Origin: Candidatus Altimarinota bacterium
GTDB lineage: Bacteria > Patescibacteriota > Gracilibacteria > UBA1369
Length of the DNA stretch: 64,000 bases
Reading direction: 5' to 3'
NCBI GenBank assembly: GCA_963677745.1
Contig: OY782391.1
Location: 1,152,001 to 1,216,000, forward strand
Each line of letters starts with the position of its first letter. Position 1 is the stretch's first letter. The notes below the pieces were generated by a model, which did no database searches, was not told the origin of the DNA, and saw only the letters and a program-made list of their open reading frames with translations. Shown here piece by piece: positions 27,446 to 37,011 of this stretch. The translations under genes were made by a program, and so were the position numbers.

Positions 27446-27892
27446 GTGAATAATAATCAACATCAAGCTGACACCAGGGAATACTCGGCCGGTGTAGTAC
27501 TGTTTCGTGAAATAAACGGCAAGCGCAAGTACCTGATTTTACATTATCCGGGCGGACACTTTGATTTCCCCAAGGGGCATCTGGAAAAAGGCGAAACCGA
27601 AACCATGGCGGCCATCCGCGAACTGGAAGAGGAAACCGGTATTTCCGTGGACTCGGTCTTTGAAGGTTTCAGTACGGCTATCACCTATTTGTTCCGCCGG
27701 CCCCAAAAACTTGTCCACAAAACCGTGACTTTTTTTCTGGCCCGGGCCGATTCCGGTGAAATTAAAATATCGCATGAACATCAGGGCTATTTATGGTTGG
27801 ATTTTGAAAGCGCCTTGTCTAAAATTACTTTCGAAAACGCCCGGGGAGTACTGCGTAGGGCTGAAGAATTTTTAAATAAACAATCAACATGA
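27446..27892 (+). CDS. NUDIX hydrolase, Ap4A hydrolase-like
   Basis: SAG.V, FPKGHLEKGETETMAAIRELEEETG Nudix box, SHEH..Y.W. Confidence 0.9.
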   Translation: MNNNQHQADTREYSAGVVLFREINGKRKYLILHYPGGHFDFPKGHLEKGETETMAAIRELEEETGISVDSVFEGFSTAITYLFRRPQKLVHKTVTFFLARADSGEIKISHEHQGYLWLDFESALSKITFENARGVLRRAEEFLNKQST

Positions 27893-29352
27893 AACCTGCC
27901 TACAAAAAAACTGTTTCTGAAAAGGAAAAAGTGATCCTGATTCCGTTTTTTACAGATCTGGAAAACCTCTCCGAAGATCAGCGTGAGTGGATGCGGGCCA
28001 AGGAAAAAGCCGGTTTTTTCAAAAGCAAACGTGACGAACATTTTACTTATTATCCGGAAAGTCCGGCGGCCGGGCAGAAGTTTTTGTTCTATTGTTTTGG
28101 CAAAGAGGAAGACGCCCAACCCAGGCAAATTCGTTCCGGACTGGCAGCGGCGGTCAAACTGCTCAGGCGCCAGCAATTGCCGGAACTGGCAGTGGTGCTG
28201 AACCAGCAATTCTTGAAATATAGCCAGGAAATAGGGGAAGCTCTGATGCTGGCCAATTACAACACTGCACTTTTCAAGACCGGAGAGGAAAAAAAAGAAG
28301 CGGAGCAAAAAGTAATACACAAATTTATTATAGTTTCCCATGACATCACCCGCGTCAATAAATACGATCTGGAGGAGGGACTGAAAATTGCCACAGCGGT
28401 GAACGCGGTACGTGATTTGATTAATTCCCCCCACAACCTGGTAAATGAGGAGACACTTACCAAAGAAGCCGTGCGAATCTGTGCGCAGAACAAATTAAAA
28501 ATTAAAGTCCTGGACCGTAAACAGCTGGAAAAAATCAAAATGGGAGCGTTGCTGGCGGTCAATGAAGGATCAAAACATGAAGCCAGACTGCTGGTCATGG
28601 AATATCTGCCGCTGGGCAGGAGACAGGATCCGGTCATACTGGTGGGCAAAGGGGTCACTTTTGATACGGGAGGAGTCAATCTCAAACCAAGCCAGGGACT
28701 GGCCGAAATGCACATGGACATGGCCGGAGCAGCTGCCGTACTGGGAGTATTCATGTTACTGAAAGAACTGGAGATCCAGCATAATGTAATCGGTGTGATT
28801 CCTCTGACCGACAACTCCCTGGATGCCGGTTCGCAAAAACCAAGTGACGTCATCACCACCTATTCCGGCAAGACGGTAGAAGTGGGGAATACCGATGCCG
28901 AAGGCCGTTTAATTTTGGCCGATGCCATATCCTATGCCCTCAAAAACTACAAAGCCTCCGCTCTGATTGATATCGCCACCCTTACCGGGGCCTGTATCGT
29001 GGCGCTGGGGGATCAGATGGCGGGGCTGTTCGGCAATAACGACAAAATGAAAGAAAGAATGAAAAACGCTGCGCTGGAAACCGACGAGGAAGTTTGGGAA
29101 ATGCCCATTCATGAAAACCACCGCAAGGGCATGAAAGGCAAATTTGCCGATCTGAACAACGTGGATAATTCGGGCATGGCCGGGGCTTGCACTGCCGCCG
29201 CCTTCCTGGAAAATTTTGTGGAAAAAACCGACTGGATTCATTTGGACATCGCCGGCCCGGCCATGCCCAAGAAGCCCAAGGAAATTGATTTTCCCGGAGC
29301 CACGGGTTTTGGAGTCAGACTGCTGCTGAGATTCCTGCAGAACATAAAATAG
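27889..29352 (+). CDS. pepA: Leucyl aminopeptidase (M17)
   Basis: GKGVTFDTGG.NLK, DMAGAA, NTDAEGRL.LAD, ATLTGA, W.HLDIAG. Confidence 0.95.
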   Translation: MKPAYKKTVSEKEKVILIPFFTDLENLSEDQREWMRAKEKAGFFKSKRDEHFTYYPESPAAGQKFLFYCFGKEEDAQPRQIRSGLAAAVKLLRRQQLPELAVVLNQQFLKYSQEIGEALMLANYNTALFKTGEEKKEAEQKVIHKFIIVSHDITRVNKYDLEEGLKIATAVNAVRDLINSPHNLVNEETLTKEAVRICAQNKLKIKVLDRKQLEKIKMGALLAVNEGSKHEARLLVMEYLPLGRRQDPVILVGKGVTFDTGGVNLKPSQGLAEMHMDMAGAAAVLGVFMLLKELEIQHNVIGVIPLTDNSLDAGSQKPSDVITTYSGKTVEVGNTDAEGRLILADAISYALKNYKASALIDIATLTGACIVALGDQMAGLFGNNDKMKERMKNAALETDEEVWEMPIHENHRKGMKGKFADLNNVDNSGMAGACTAAAFLENFVEKTDWIHLDIAGPAMPKKPKEIDFPGATGFGVRLLLRFLQNIK

Positions 29353-29361
29353 TTACCGCAA

Positions 29362-29928
29362 TTATTTTCTGCGGCGGATTTTGGAAGGTCTCACCTGATG
29401 GCGGGGAGGAGTCTTCAGCATATGATAGAGGGAGAAAATTGCAAAGAAAGTATTCAGCCAGAAGAAAATCCAGCTGGCTTCCATATAACTGAAAAGCGCA
29501 ATCAGCGCGCTGCCGCCGACCAGGGCGACATTTCTACGGAGTGTGCCGATCTGGAAAGCATATCCCAAACCGATTCCGGATAAACCCAGAATAAAGAAAA
29601 TGGTTCCGATGTCCTTAAACAGGAAAAGAGACCAGGCAATCAATATTAATCCGCTGACTGAAATAACCGCCAGATCGATCCGGTCGTCGGTGTTGAGCAT
29701 CATCAGTACGCTCGCAATCATTACCAGTGCCTCCAGGAACACGTAGAAAATCGGACCGCCTTGCTGATAGCCGAGTAAGGCATAAATCAGCATCACCAGT
29801 CCCCCCACTGCAAACAGCCAGTTTTTTGTGGCCTTCATCGGATGTTTTACATCCTTACTCTCCGGCCAGGCTGCGCCCGTCACCAGAATCAATGAACCCA
29901 ACAGGCCGCTGTAAAAAATGATATCCAT
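29362..29928 (-). CDS. 7-TM membrane protein with an internally repeated 3-TM unit
   Basis: Seven hydrophobic segments; N..F..GG...YA....IF..L is repeated as N.....GG....FS....IF..L. Confidence 0.65.
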   Translation of the reverse strand: MDIIFYSGLLGSLILVTGAAWPESKDVKHPMKATKNWLFAVGGLVMLIYALLGYQQGGPIFYVFLEALVMIASVLMMLNTDDRIDLAVISVSGLILIAWSLFLFKDIGTIFFILGLSGIGLGYAFQIGTLRRNVALVGGSALIALFSYMEASWIFFWLNTFFAIFSLYHMLKTPPRHQVRPSKIRRRK

Positions 29929-29930
29929 AC

Positions 29931-29966
29931 AAATAGATTAAGTAATCTATTTATTATACCATGAAT
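29931..29966 (-). promoter_or_regulatory. Extended -10 promoter with a 22-bp palindromic operator candidate
   Basis: ATTCATGGTATAAT on the minus strand followed immediately by aaatagatta-N2-taatctattt. Confidence 0.6.
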
Positions 29967-29972
29967 TACAGT

Positions 29973-30917
29973 TCAGGAAAGCTTTACGTCGTTTTTGATC
30001 AGGTACTCATAGGCCCAGAAACTGGCCGTAACAGCCTCCGCAGAACCTGTAATTGCCTGTTTGAAATGGGAATCACAGACATCCCCGGCCCCGTAAACAC
30101 CCGGGAGATTGGTTTCACTGTTGCGGTTGATTTCAATTTCTTTTCTGGCATTTAATTTCACGCCCAGTTTTTCGGCCAGTTCGGAATTGGGTAGGAGTCC
30201 GATAGCTACAAAGACGCCGTCAACGTCCAGTGTTTTCCCGTCCTTGAGCCGTATCCCTTTAACTTTTTGTTCTCCAAACACCTCTGCCACTTCGGCATTG
30301 GATATCAGTTCTATCTTGGGATTTTCCTGAACTTTTTGGAGATTGACCGGTTCAGGGTGAAGTGTGCTGCGCGAGATCACATAAACTTTAGCAGCATATT
30401 CCGCCAGCAGTAAAGATTCCTTGGCCGCGCTGTCTCCTCCACCCACAATGGCCACTACTTTTCCTCTATAGAATGCTCCGTCACAGAGCGCGCAATAGGA
30501 AACTCCCTTGTTTTCATATTCTTTTTCTCCCGGAGCTTCCAGCTTTCTGTGCTTGCTGCCCGTGGCAAACAAGACGGTTTTCGCAGCATACTCACCCGAG
30601 GCTGTTTTAACGACAAACCCCGGCTTTTTCCCTGCGGATGAATCATCCTCGGACAATTTCAGTTGTTCGACACTCAATACCTGTTCATTTTTCATGGAGG
30701 CTCCCGAAGCCAAGGCATGCTCTACCAGACTGGTTGCCAGATCCGGCCCGGAAATTGCTTTGATGCCCGGCCAGTTTTCCACCAGATGGGTGGATGTAAT
30801 CAACCCGCCCGGCATTTCGGCGATCATAACGGTCTTTAGGTTGAGGCGGGCGGCATACATAGCCGCACTGGCGCCGGCGCAGCCGGCGCCAATAATTACA
30901 AAATCAAATTGTTCCAT
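29973..30917 (-). CDS. trxB: Thioredoxin-disulfide reductase
   Basis: IIGAG.AG, VENWPG, GVSYCALCDG, VGGGDSA, G.YGAGD..QAIT. Confidence 0.93.
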   Translation of the reverse strand: MEQFDFVIIGAGCAGASAAMYAARLNLKTVMIAEMPGGLITSTHLVENWPGIKAISGPDLATSLVEHALASGASMKNEQVLSVEQLKLSEDDSSAGKKPGFVVKTASGEYAAKTVLFATGSKHRKLEAPGEKEYENKGVSYCALCDGAFYRGKVVAIVGGGDSAAKESLLLAEYAAKVYVISRSTLHPEPVNLQKVQENPKIELISNAEVAEVFGEQKVKGIRLKDGKTLDVDGVFVAIGLLPNSELAEKLGVKLNARKEIEINRNSETNLPGVYGAGDVCDSHFKQAITGSAEAVTASFWAYEYLIKNDVKLS

Positions 30918-30960
30918 GAAAGGGTTTAATTAATATTCCTGGAAAAAATTAAACCGATTT

Positions 30961-31482
30961 CTATCCTTTGCCAAGAGTTTTTTGTCCCGGCTTCCAATTG
31001 GCCGGACAAAGCTCGCCGGTCTGCAGACTGGAAAGCACGCGCAGGGTTTCATCGGCGCTGCGGCCAACTGTCAAATCATGTACCAGTTGATAACGCAAAA
31101 CACCTTCCGGGTCGATGATAAAAGTGCCGCGCAAGGCATGTCCTTTTTCTTCAATCAAAACTCCGTATTCCCGGCTCATTTCGCGGTTAAGGTCGGAAAA
31201 GAGGGGATAGTTCAATTGTCCCAGCTGCTTCATCCAGGCCTGATGGGAATAAACCGAATCGGTGCTGCCGCCATAGACCACGGCATCCAGCTTTTCAAAT
31301 TCAGGCATTTTTTCGCTCATTTCCAGAATTTCAGTCGGACAGACAAAAGTGAAATCCAGCGGATAAAAGAACAGCACCACCCATTTTCCTTTTAAATCCT
31401 GCAGAGAAATTCTGCCGAACTGATCCTTGAACACCGTTTCCACCGAGAATCCGGGGGCGGAATGTCCTACTTGAATAAACAT
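30961..31482 (-). CDS. ahpC: 2-Cys peroxiredoxin (AhpC/Prx1)
   Basis: FFYPLDFTFVCPTE, RGTFIIDP, GRS.DE.LR, LCPANW. Confidence 0.95.
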   Translation of the reverse strand: MFIQVGHSAPGFSVETVFKDQFGRISLQDLKGKWVVLFFYPLDFTFVCPTEILEMSEKMPEFEKLDAVVYGGSTDSVYSHQAWMKQLGQLNYPLFSDLNREMSREYGVLIEEKGHALRGTFIIDPEGVLRYQLVHDLTVGRSADETLRVLSSLQTGELCPANWKPGQKTLGKG

Positions 31483-31528
31483 ATTTGTATTGGTTAAAAT
31501 GTTAATAGAAAAAATTACCTTTTCCGAA

Positions 31529-31840
31529 ATGATAAATCAAGCACAGTTCCTGGAAAGATACCAAGACAAAAGTTCCGATTTTTTTCTCCTCGATGTTCGC
31601 ACTCCCTATGAATTTACCGATCATCATCTGGCCGGTTCCGTCAATATCCCGCTTGATGAATTACAGCAACGACTGGCGGAAATACCCCCGGACCGTTCCA
31701 TAGTTACCATCTGTGAGCACGGAGTGCGCAGCGGCATCGCCGAAAAATTTCTGAAAGGACAAAATTATCGGGCCGACAGTCTTCAAAACGGTCTCTCGCG
31801 CTGGTCCGGTCCCCTCGAAACAAAAAACTCACTGTCTTGA
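31529..31840 (+). CDS. Rhodanese-like sulfurtransferase
   Basis: LLDVRTPYEF..HL.GS.NIPL, CEHGVRS, L..G...W; start uncertain (31490-31529). Confidence 0.88.
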   Translation: MINQAQFLERYQDKSSDFFLLDVRTPYEFTDHHLAGSVNIPLDELQQRLAEIPPDRSIVTICEHGVRSGIAEKFLKGQNYRADSLQNGLSRWSGPLETKNSLS

Positions 31841-32668
31841 GCCGGTCGGATTGCCGCTGTTGGGATAATTTCCAAAAGCATTGTCAATCGACCCGAGATG
31901 TTTGGTCTCGTCATTTATCAATGTTTTGCCGCCCATGAGCGGCGGATTTGGTTTGGCCGGCATTCCGACCACCGGTTTTACTCTGCGGTTGCCGGGTTTG
32001 TTTCTGCCATAAATAGTCGGGGGAACTTTCTGCACAGCGTTGGCAGACATCCTGTTCTGAGCCGACAGATTGCTGCCACCATATGTCCCGCTCATATCCT
32101 GCACTTTCAGAACAGGCTTAACCGCCGGCACATAGCCGCGTGATACCCGCAGTCTCCTGGACCCGATTAAAAATCCTGCATCCCTTGCTCCCAAATCGGT
32201 AAAATGATCAACCTCCTCCATAATTTTGGCGTTGGTTGTTTTTTCAAATGCCATTATTTCCACGCGTACGCCGCGTGACTGGCAAAATCTCACCACTTCC
32301 AAAAAGTCCCCGTCTCCCGAACCCAGTACCACTACATCCACTTTTTCTGTCATGCGGATCATATCCACTGCAATTCCCACATCCCAGTCGGCCTTCTTGG
32401 CCCCGGTATGGAAAATCTGTAAATCCTTTACACGGGTCTCTATTCCGATATCCAACAGGGCATCAAAGAATTTTTCCTCGGTACCTTCTTCCGACTTGAT
32501 CACATAGGCAAAAGCCCGCACCAAACGCCGGCCGTTGACTGCCACCTTCATCAATTCCTCATAATTCACGTTGGCGTGATAATTTGATTTTGCGGAATGA
32601 TATAAATTCTGGGTATCTATAAACACTGCCACCCGTTGCTCGGAATGTGCCGCTAAATTAATTTCCAT
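31829..32668 (-). CDS. NYN (LabA/DUF88) domain protein with disordered C-terminus
   Basis: VFIDTQNL, KADWDVGIAVD, SGDGDF, GVRVE. Confidence 0.9.
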   Translation of the reverse strand: MEINLAAHSEQRVAVFIDTQNLYHSAKSNYHANVNYEELMKVAVNGRRLVRAFAYVIKSEEGTEEKFFDALLDIGIETRVKDLQIFHTGAKKADWDVGIAVDMIRMTEKVDVVVLGSGDGDFLEVVRFCQSRGVRVEIMAFEKTTNAKIMEEVDHFTDLGARDAGFLIGSRRLRVSRGYVPAVKPVLKVQDMSGTYGGSNLSAQNRMSANAVQKVPPTIYGRNKPGNRRVKPVVGMPAKPNPPLMGGKTLINDETKHLGSIDNAFGNYPNSGNPTGSRQ

Positions 32669-32674
32669 TTTTGT

Positions 32675-33265
32675 TTAATTACAGGCTGTGGGACTCCAAA
32701 GTCCCTTCTCCTGTATTTTAGCCTGATTCTCCAGATTTACAAACTCTTCCTTGTAGCTGAAGGAATATTCGGGTGTGGCATGGGCAAAACCGTTTTCCAC
32801 AAGAAGGCGGTTTACCATCGTTCCGTCAGGCAGATAAATGTATCTGAGCTCCCGTCCATATTTGTCCCTGCTGTCACCTTTCGTATCGGCGACCAGCTTT
32901 ACGGTTTTCCCCCCGATCAAATTATTGGTCATGGCACTGGCTTCTTTGCCAAAACATTGGACCTCTTTGCGGGGATCCACGGTTTCAGGAGTATCTATAC
33001 CCAATAATCTCACTTTTACTTCCTCGCCGCCCGTCAAATAAACGAAAGTATCTCCGTCAACCACTCTTGCCACTTGCACAGTGAGGTCGTGATCAGTCAA
33101 GGCGTCCGTGGTCAGATTGTCTGGTGTTACCACCGGCCCGGGAAAAAAGTATTGAGTTCCCAGCAATATCAGAAAAAGCAGCGAAAAGAGCACAAAATCC
33201 CGGTATTTTTTGCGCCACAGAAAGAAAAACAATCTATTTGTTAATTTCAGACTGGAATTTGCCAT
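32675..33265 (-). CDS. Thermonuclease (SNase) family, membrane-anchored
   Basis: VVDGDT, VRLLGIDTPE, DKYGR.L.Y, N..LV..G.A, GLW. Confidence 0.93.
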   Translation of the reverse strand: MANSSLKLTNRLFFFLWRKKYRDFVLFSLLFLILLGTQYFFPGPVVTPDNLTTDALTDHDLTVQVARVVDGDTFVYLTGGEEVKVRLLGIDTPETVDPRKEVQCFGKEASAMTNNLIGGKTVKLVADTKGDSRDKYGRELRYIYLPDGTMVNRLLVENGFAHATPEYSFSYKEEFVNLENQAKIQEKGLWSPTACN

Positions 33266-33611
33266 AATTATCGCTAAATAGAATTTTTCTGATTTCCGGT
33301 TTCATCATATCCGGATTCCAGGGCGGTTCCCAGACAATTTCCACTTTCACCTTCCTGATGCCTTTTTGGGACATTAATATTTTTTCGATTTCTCCGCTGA
33401 TTTGCGGTCCCAGCGGACAGCCCATTGAAGTGAGAGTGATGGTGACCGATAACCTGCCGGGTGTTTTTTCAGTCACTTTATAAATCAAACCAAGATCAAC
33501 CACCCCCACTCCCAGTTCCGGGTCCAAAACGCGGTTGATTATCCGAAAATATTTTTTCTCGGCAGTCTTAGCCGCCTTGGCCGGCCTTTTTTTCAATTGT
33601 TTTTTGATCAT
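33234..33611 (-). CDS. sufT: Metal-sulfur cluster assembly factor (DUF59/SufT)
   Basis: V.DPEL...VVDLGLIY, TLTSMGCP, VWEPPW. Confidence 0.88.
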   Translation of the reverse strand: MIKKQLKKRPAKAAKTAEKKYFRIINRVLDPELGVGVVDLGLIYKVTEKTPGRLSVTITLTSMGCPLGPQISGEIEKILMSQKGIRKVKVEIVWEPPWNPDMMKPEIRKILFSDNYGKFQSEINK

Positions 33612-33978
33612 GCTGATGAATTGTTGCCGCCTTCTTGATACAACTGAACCCCAGCAGTGCGCATTTGATCCTGCCCGGGGAAATGGGAATTCCCAATAAT
33701 TTTAAAACTTTATCATTATCCAGTTTTAAAAACTTACTTAATTTCATGCCCAGTATTTTTTCACCCAGCAGTGAAGCGGAGGCCACGCTGATGGCGCACC
33801 CTTCTCCCTGAAATCCAAATTTTTTAATCACTCCCTGCGGATCCACTTTCAGCATGACTTTTATTTTATCCCCGCACAGGGGATTGAGGTCTTCAGCCTC
33901 CAGATCCGGATTTTTTAATAACACTGCCTGCCGGGGATTTTTAAAGTGATCCAGAATGATTTCTCCGTAAATATCCAT
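33568..33978 (-). CDS. sufU: SufU/IscU-type Fe-S scaffold or sulfur acceptor
   Basis: ILDHFKNPR, NPLCGD, GCAIS.ASAS, RIKCALL. Confidence 0.9.
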   Translation of the reverse strand: MDIYGEIILDHFKNPRQAVLLKNPDLEAEDLNPLCGDKIKVMLKVDPQGVIKKFGFQGEGCAISVASASLLGEKILGMKLSKFLKLDNDKVLKLLGIPISPGRIKCALLGFSCIKKAATIHQHDQKTIEKKAGQGG

Positions 33979-35180
33979 TATTTAAATATTTTTATTGCTT
34001 TGAGAATTCCCGATTGTAATCTGTCTAAATCTTCACGGTTGTTATAAATACTGAAGCTGGCCCTGGTCAAAGCAGTTTTTCCGAAACGTTGCAGCAGTGG
34101 TTTGGCGCAATGGTGCCCTGCCCTCAGACAAATATTTTCCTGGGCCAGAATTGAGGCCAGATCATGCGGATGTACGCCTTTTACGTCGAAGGACACGATG
34201 CTGGTCTGAAAATCATCACCGTCCGGTCCGAACAGTTTTACTTCCGGAATTTTTGACAATAAGCGGCGACAATCAATTGCCAGCTTTTTTTCATAGGCGG
34301 CTATATTTTTCATTCCGATCTCAGTCACGAATTTAAGGGCCTCGGCTAAACCTGCTACTCCCGCCACATTGGGTGTCCCGGCTTCAAATTTGGCGGGAGA
34401 CTCCTGCCAGTGATCCGGCAATTCGGCAATCATGCCGCCCCCCGTCAGCAGCGGGGGCATCCGTTCAGCCAGATAATCGCTTAGATAAAGCACTCCGGTG
34501 CCCATCGGAGCAAAAAGCTTATGTCCCGTGAAAAAGGCGGCGTCAACGCCCAGTTTACCAAAATCGGTGGCTTCATGCGCGATTCCCTGGGATGAATCGA
34601 GTATCACCAGTGCCCCTTTTTTGTGTGCCAGTTCTATAATTGCCGGCAGGTCGGGTTTAATTCCCAGTACATTGGATAACTGTGTTACCGCCACCACCCG
34701 GGTTTTACGGTCTGTCATTTTGGCTAGAGCTTTCATATCCAGTGTACCGTTCTTGGCTGAAACCGGAACCACACGGAAATCCAGCCCTTTGCGTCTGGCC
34801 ATTTCCTGCCAGGGCAGATAATTGGCATGATGTTCCAGTTCGGTTACCACCACATTATCGCCCGCTTTCACCAGACTCTCTCCTATGCCAAAAGCCAGCA
34901 TATTGGCCGCTTCTGTGGCATTTTTGGTGAAAATGATATTACCGGTAGGCACTCCGGTGAATTCTGCTACCACTTGTCTTGAGTCTTCATATATTTGATC
35001 GGCCCGTTCCGCCAGTTCATATATTCCCCGTTGAACATTGGCATTGCTGCGTTCATAAAAATCCCGCTCGGCCTTCAGAACCCGGGCCGGTTTTTGTGTG
35101 GTCGAGGCATTGTCCAGATAAACCAGCTTCGGGTATCTGGCAAAGATCGGAAATTGTCTTTTTAATTCAGTCCAATTCAC
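33978..35180 (-). CDS. sufS: Cysteine desulfurase, SufS type
   Basis: YLDNASTTQKP, EHHAN.LPW, TGHK (PLP Lys), FEAGTP, RAGHHCA. Confidence 0.94.
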   Translation of the reverse strand: MNWTELKRQFPIFARYPKLVYLDNASTTQKPARVLKAERDFYERSNANVQRGIYELAERADQIYEDSRQVVAEFTGVPTGNIIFTKNATEAANMLAFGIGESLVKAGDNVVVTELEHHANYLPWQEMARRKGLDFRVVPVSAKNGTLDMKALAKMTDRKTRVVAVTQLSNVLGIKPDLPAIIELAHKKGALVILDSSQGIAHEATDFGKLGVDAAFFTGHKLFAPMGTGVLYLSDYLAERMPPLLTGGGMIAELPDHWQESPAKFEAGTPNVAGVAGLAEALKFVTEIGMKNIAAYEKKLAIDCRRLLSKIPEVKLFGPDGDDFQTSIVSFDVKGVHPHDLASILAQENICLRAGHHCAKPLLQRFGKTALTRASFSIYNNREDLDRLQSGILKAIKIFK

Positions 35181-35252
35181 TATAAAAAAGCTAAGTTATT
35201 CCCAGTTATTTAAACATACTCCGGGGAATTCGCCTAGTGATGTGCAATTGCT

Positions 35253-36083
35253 TTAATTTTTTTCCCCGATCAGCCAGGAAATTAGAACGCTGAAATCAGG
35301 AGACCGCTTTAACAGGCGTTTAATGGCAAAAAACCGTTCAAGATTTTCAGTTTTGATCACCTTTTCAAGTTTCTGACAGGCCTTCCAGACAGCTTGAGAC
35401 AAGTCATTCCTGATTCTCTGAGTTGCCACCAGCTGTTCTGTGCCGAGTAATACGGGTACATTGAGTTGATCCAGCGTTGATTCTATCATCCAGTCGATTT
35501 CCGTCTGCCGGAGGCCTTCAGTCGCTTCGGTCTCCATAGTTGCCCCGGCTAACAGCAGTTGCCTGTCGGCTACGGTCAAACGTCTGAGCAGATCTGCCGG
35601 TACGCGATTGCGGGTTTTAATAATCATTTCGGCCAACAGATAAGGTAATTTACCTTTTAGTATTGCCTTACAGTCTAATCCCAACGCGTGTTGGGCAAAC
35701 AAGGTAGTGGAGCGCAGCACGGCTGTTTGACTTTGCAGATAACTTTCCAGAACCGGTTCACGGTCGGACTGTAAAAGGATTAAGCCGTCCGCTTCAATTT
35801 CGGTATTATTTAACTGCTCATAAAAAGTGGCAACCGGAGAACTTGGCTGTTCATCTTCCGGAGGTAAAACTGATGCGGTCAGGGCAGGTAATAAATTCCG
35901 GAAAATCTCTCGCTCAGCAGGATCAAAATGATTGAAATCAACACTTCTCAGATATCCATTGACCTGGGCGTAATTAAGACCAGGGGCCCATTGCAAAACC
36001 AGACTGGTCAGACCCGGATATAGTCTGTCCAGAACATCCTGTTGTTCCTGTAGAGTAGGAGGTTGGGAATTTTCAGTAAGCAT
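35253..36083 (-). CDS. Hypothetical protein (helical, Leu/Gln-rich)
   Basis: 276-aa ORF filling the gap; no recognisable motif. Confidence 0.55.
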   Translation of the reverse strand: MLTENSQPPTLQEQQDVLDRLYPGLTSLVLQWAPGLNYAQVNGYLRSVDFNHFDPAEREIFRNLLPALTASVLPPEDEQPSSPVATFYEQLNNTEIEADGLILLQSDREPVLESYLQSQTAVLRSTTLFAQHALGLDCKAILKGKLPYLLAEMIIKTRNRVPADLLRRLTVADRQLLLAGATMETEATEGLRQTEIDWMIESTLDQLNVPVLLGTEQLVATQRIRNDLSQAVWKACQKLEKVIKTENLERFFAIKRLLKRSPDFSVLISWLIGEKN

Positions 36084-36158
36084 AATTAAAAAAACAGTGG
36101 ATGCGAATATATAACAACCGCTTCGTCTTGTAAAGCACGTCTTCAGCTGACCGGAATT

Positions 36159-36968
36159 TTATTCCTGCAGATACACCAGGCCGGCATACCCGACTACCGA
36201 ATCCGGATCGTCGCCGCCATCGGCGGAAGTACTGTAGCCGGTAAATACCGGCAGCCAATGATTGGCAATGGCCAATTCATTGAGAATCGTTATGGCGCGC
36301 AGAGTCGAGGCTTGTCCCTCACGCATGATGACAACGGGATCTTTGGCCTGGATGGCATTAATGGTGGTCTGGTCTGTCTTACGGGCCAGTTCTTCATTGT
36401 GAAAGTGTGAGAAATTGGTGCTTACCACAATTAAAGTCTTTTCATCCAGAATGCTTTGCAGCATTTTGACGGTTTCCATTAAATTGATTTTGTTTCCCAC
36501 AATCAGCGGTACCAGTTCAAATTCCTTCAGGAAATATTGCAGATAGGGCAATTGCATTTCCACCGAATACTCCTTGGCAAAAGCATTTTGATAAACATGG
36601 AAGTTGAAATTGGTTTTCAGTCTTTCCACCGACAGCTGATCGATTGGAATCTGTCCCAAAGGTGTTTCAAAATAATCAAAATCAGGCAGGGCGATTCCGT
36701 TAAAACTAAAAAAATGTGATGACCCCAGTACAATTACTTTCTGATATTTACGGGCCTGCAGTTTTTGGTAGGCGGACAGAGTGGTCAGTGAACAGTAGCT
36801 GTAACCGCCGGAGGGAACGATCATCGCCGGTAAAAATATTTCGCTGAAATCCGGGCCCAGCATGGCTGCTTTGGCCAGATCTACATCAACCAGATTCTTA
36901 AACTCCACCGGATCCGATGAATAAAACAATCCGGCGTATTCGGCTTTTTTGACTCTAGTTTCGTCCAT
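36159..36968 (-). CDS. AmmeMemoRadiSam protein B / MEMO1 family (degenerate metal site)
   Basis: AG.FY, IVPSGGYSY, LGSSH, F.TPLG.I.ID, EYSVEMQLPYLQ, VSTNFSHF, SVVGYA. Confidence 0.85.
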   Translation of the reverse strand: MDETRVKKAEYAGLFYSSDPVEFKNLVDVDLAKAAMLGPDFSEIFLPAMIVPSGGYSYCSLTTLSAYQKLQARKYQKVIVLGSSHFFSFNGIALPDFDYFETPLGQIPIDQLSVERLKTNFNFHVYQNAFAKEYSVEMQLPYLQYFLKEFELVPLIVGNKINLMETVKMLQSILDEKTLIVVSTNFSHFHNEELARKTDQTTINAIQAKDPVVIMREGQASTLRAITILNELAIANHWLPVFTGYSTSADGGDDPDSVVGYAGLVYLQE

Positions 36969-37011
36969 TATTCATATATAAATTATATAATTATACCATG
37001 AATAACCGTTT

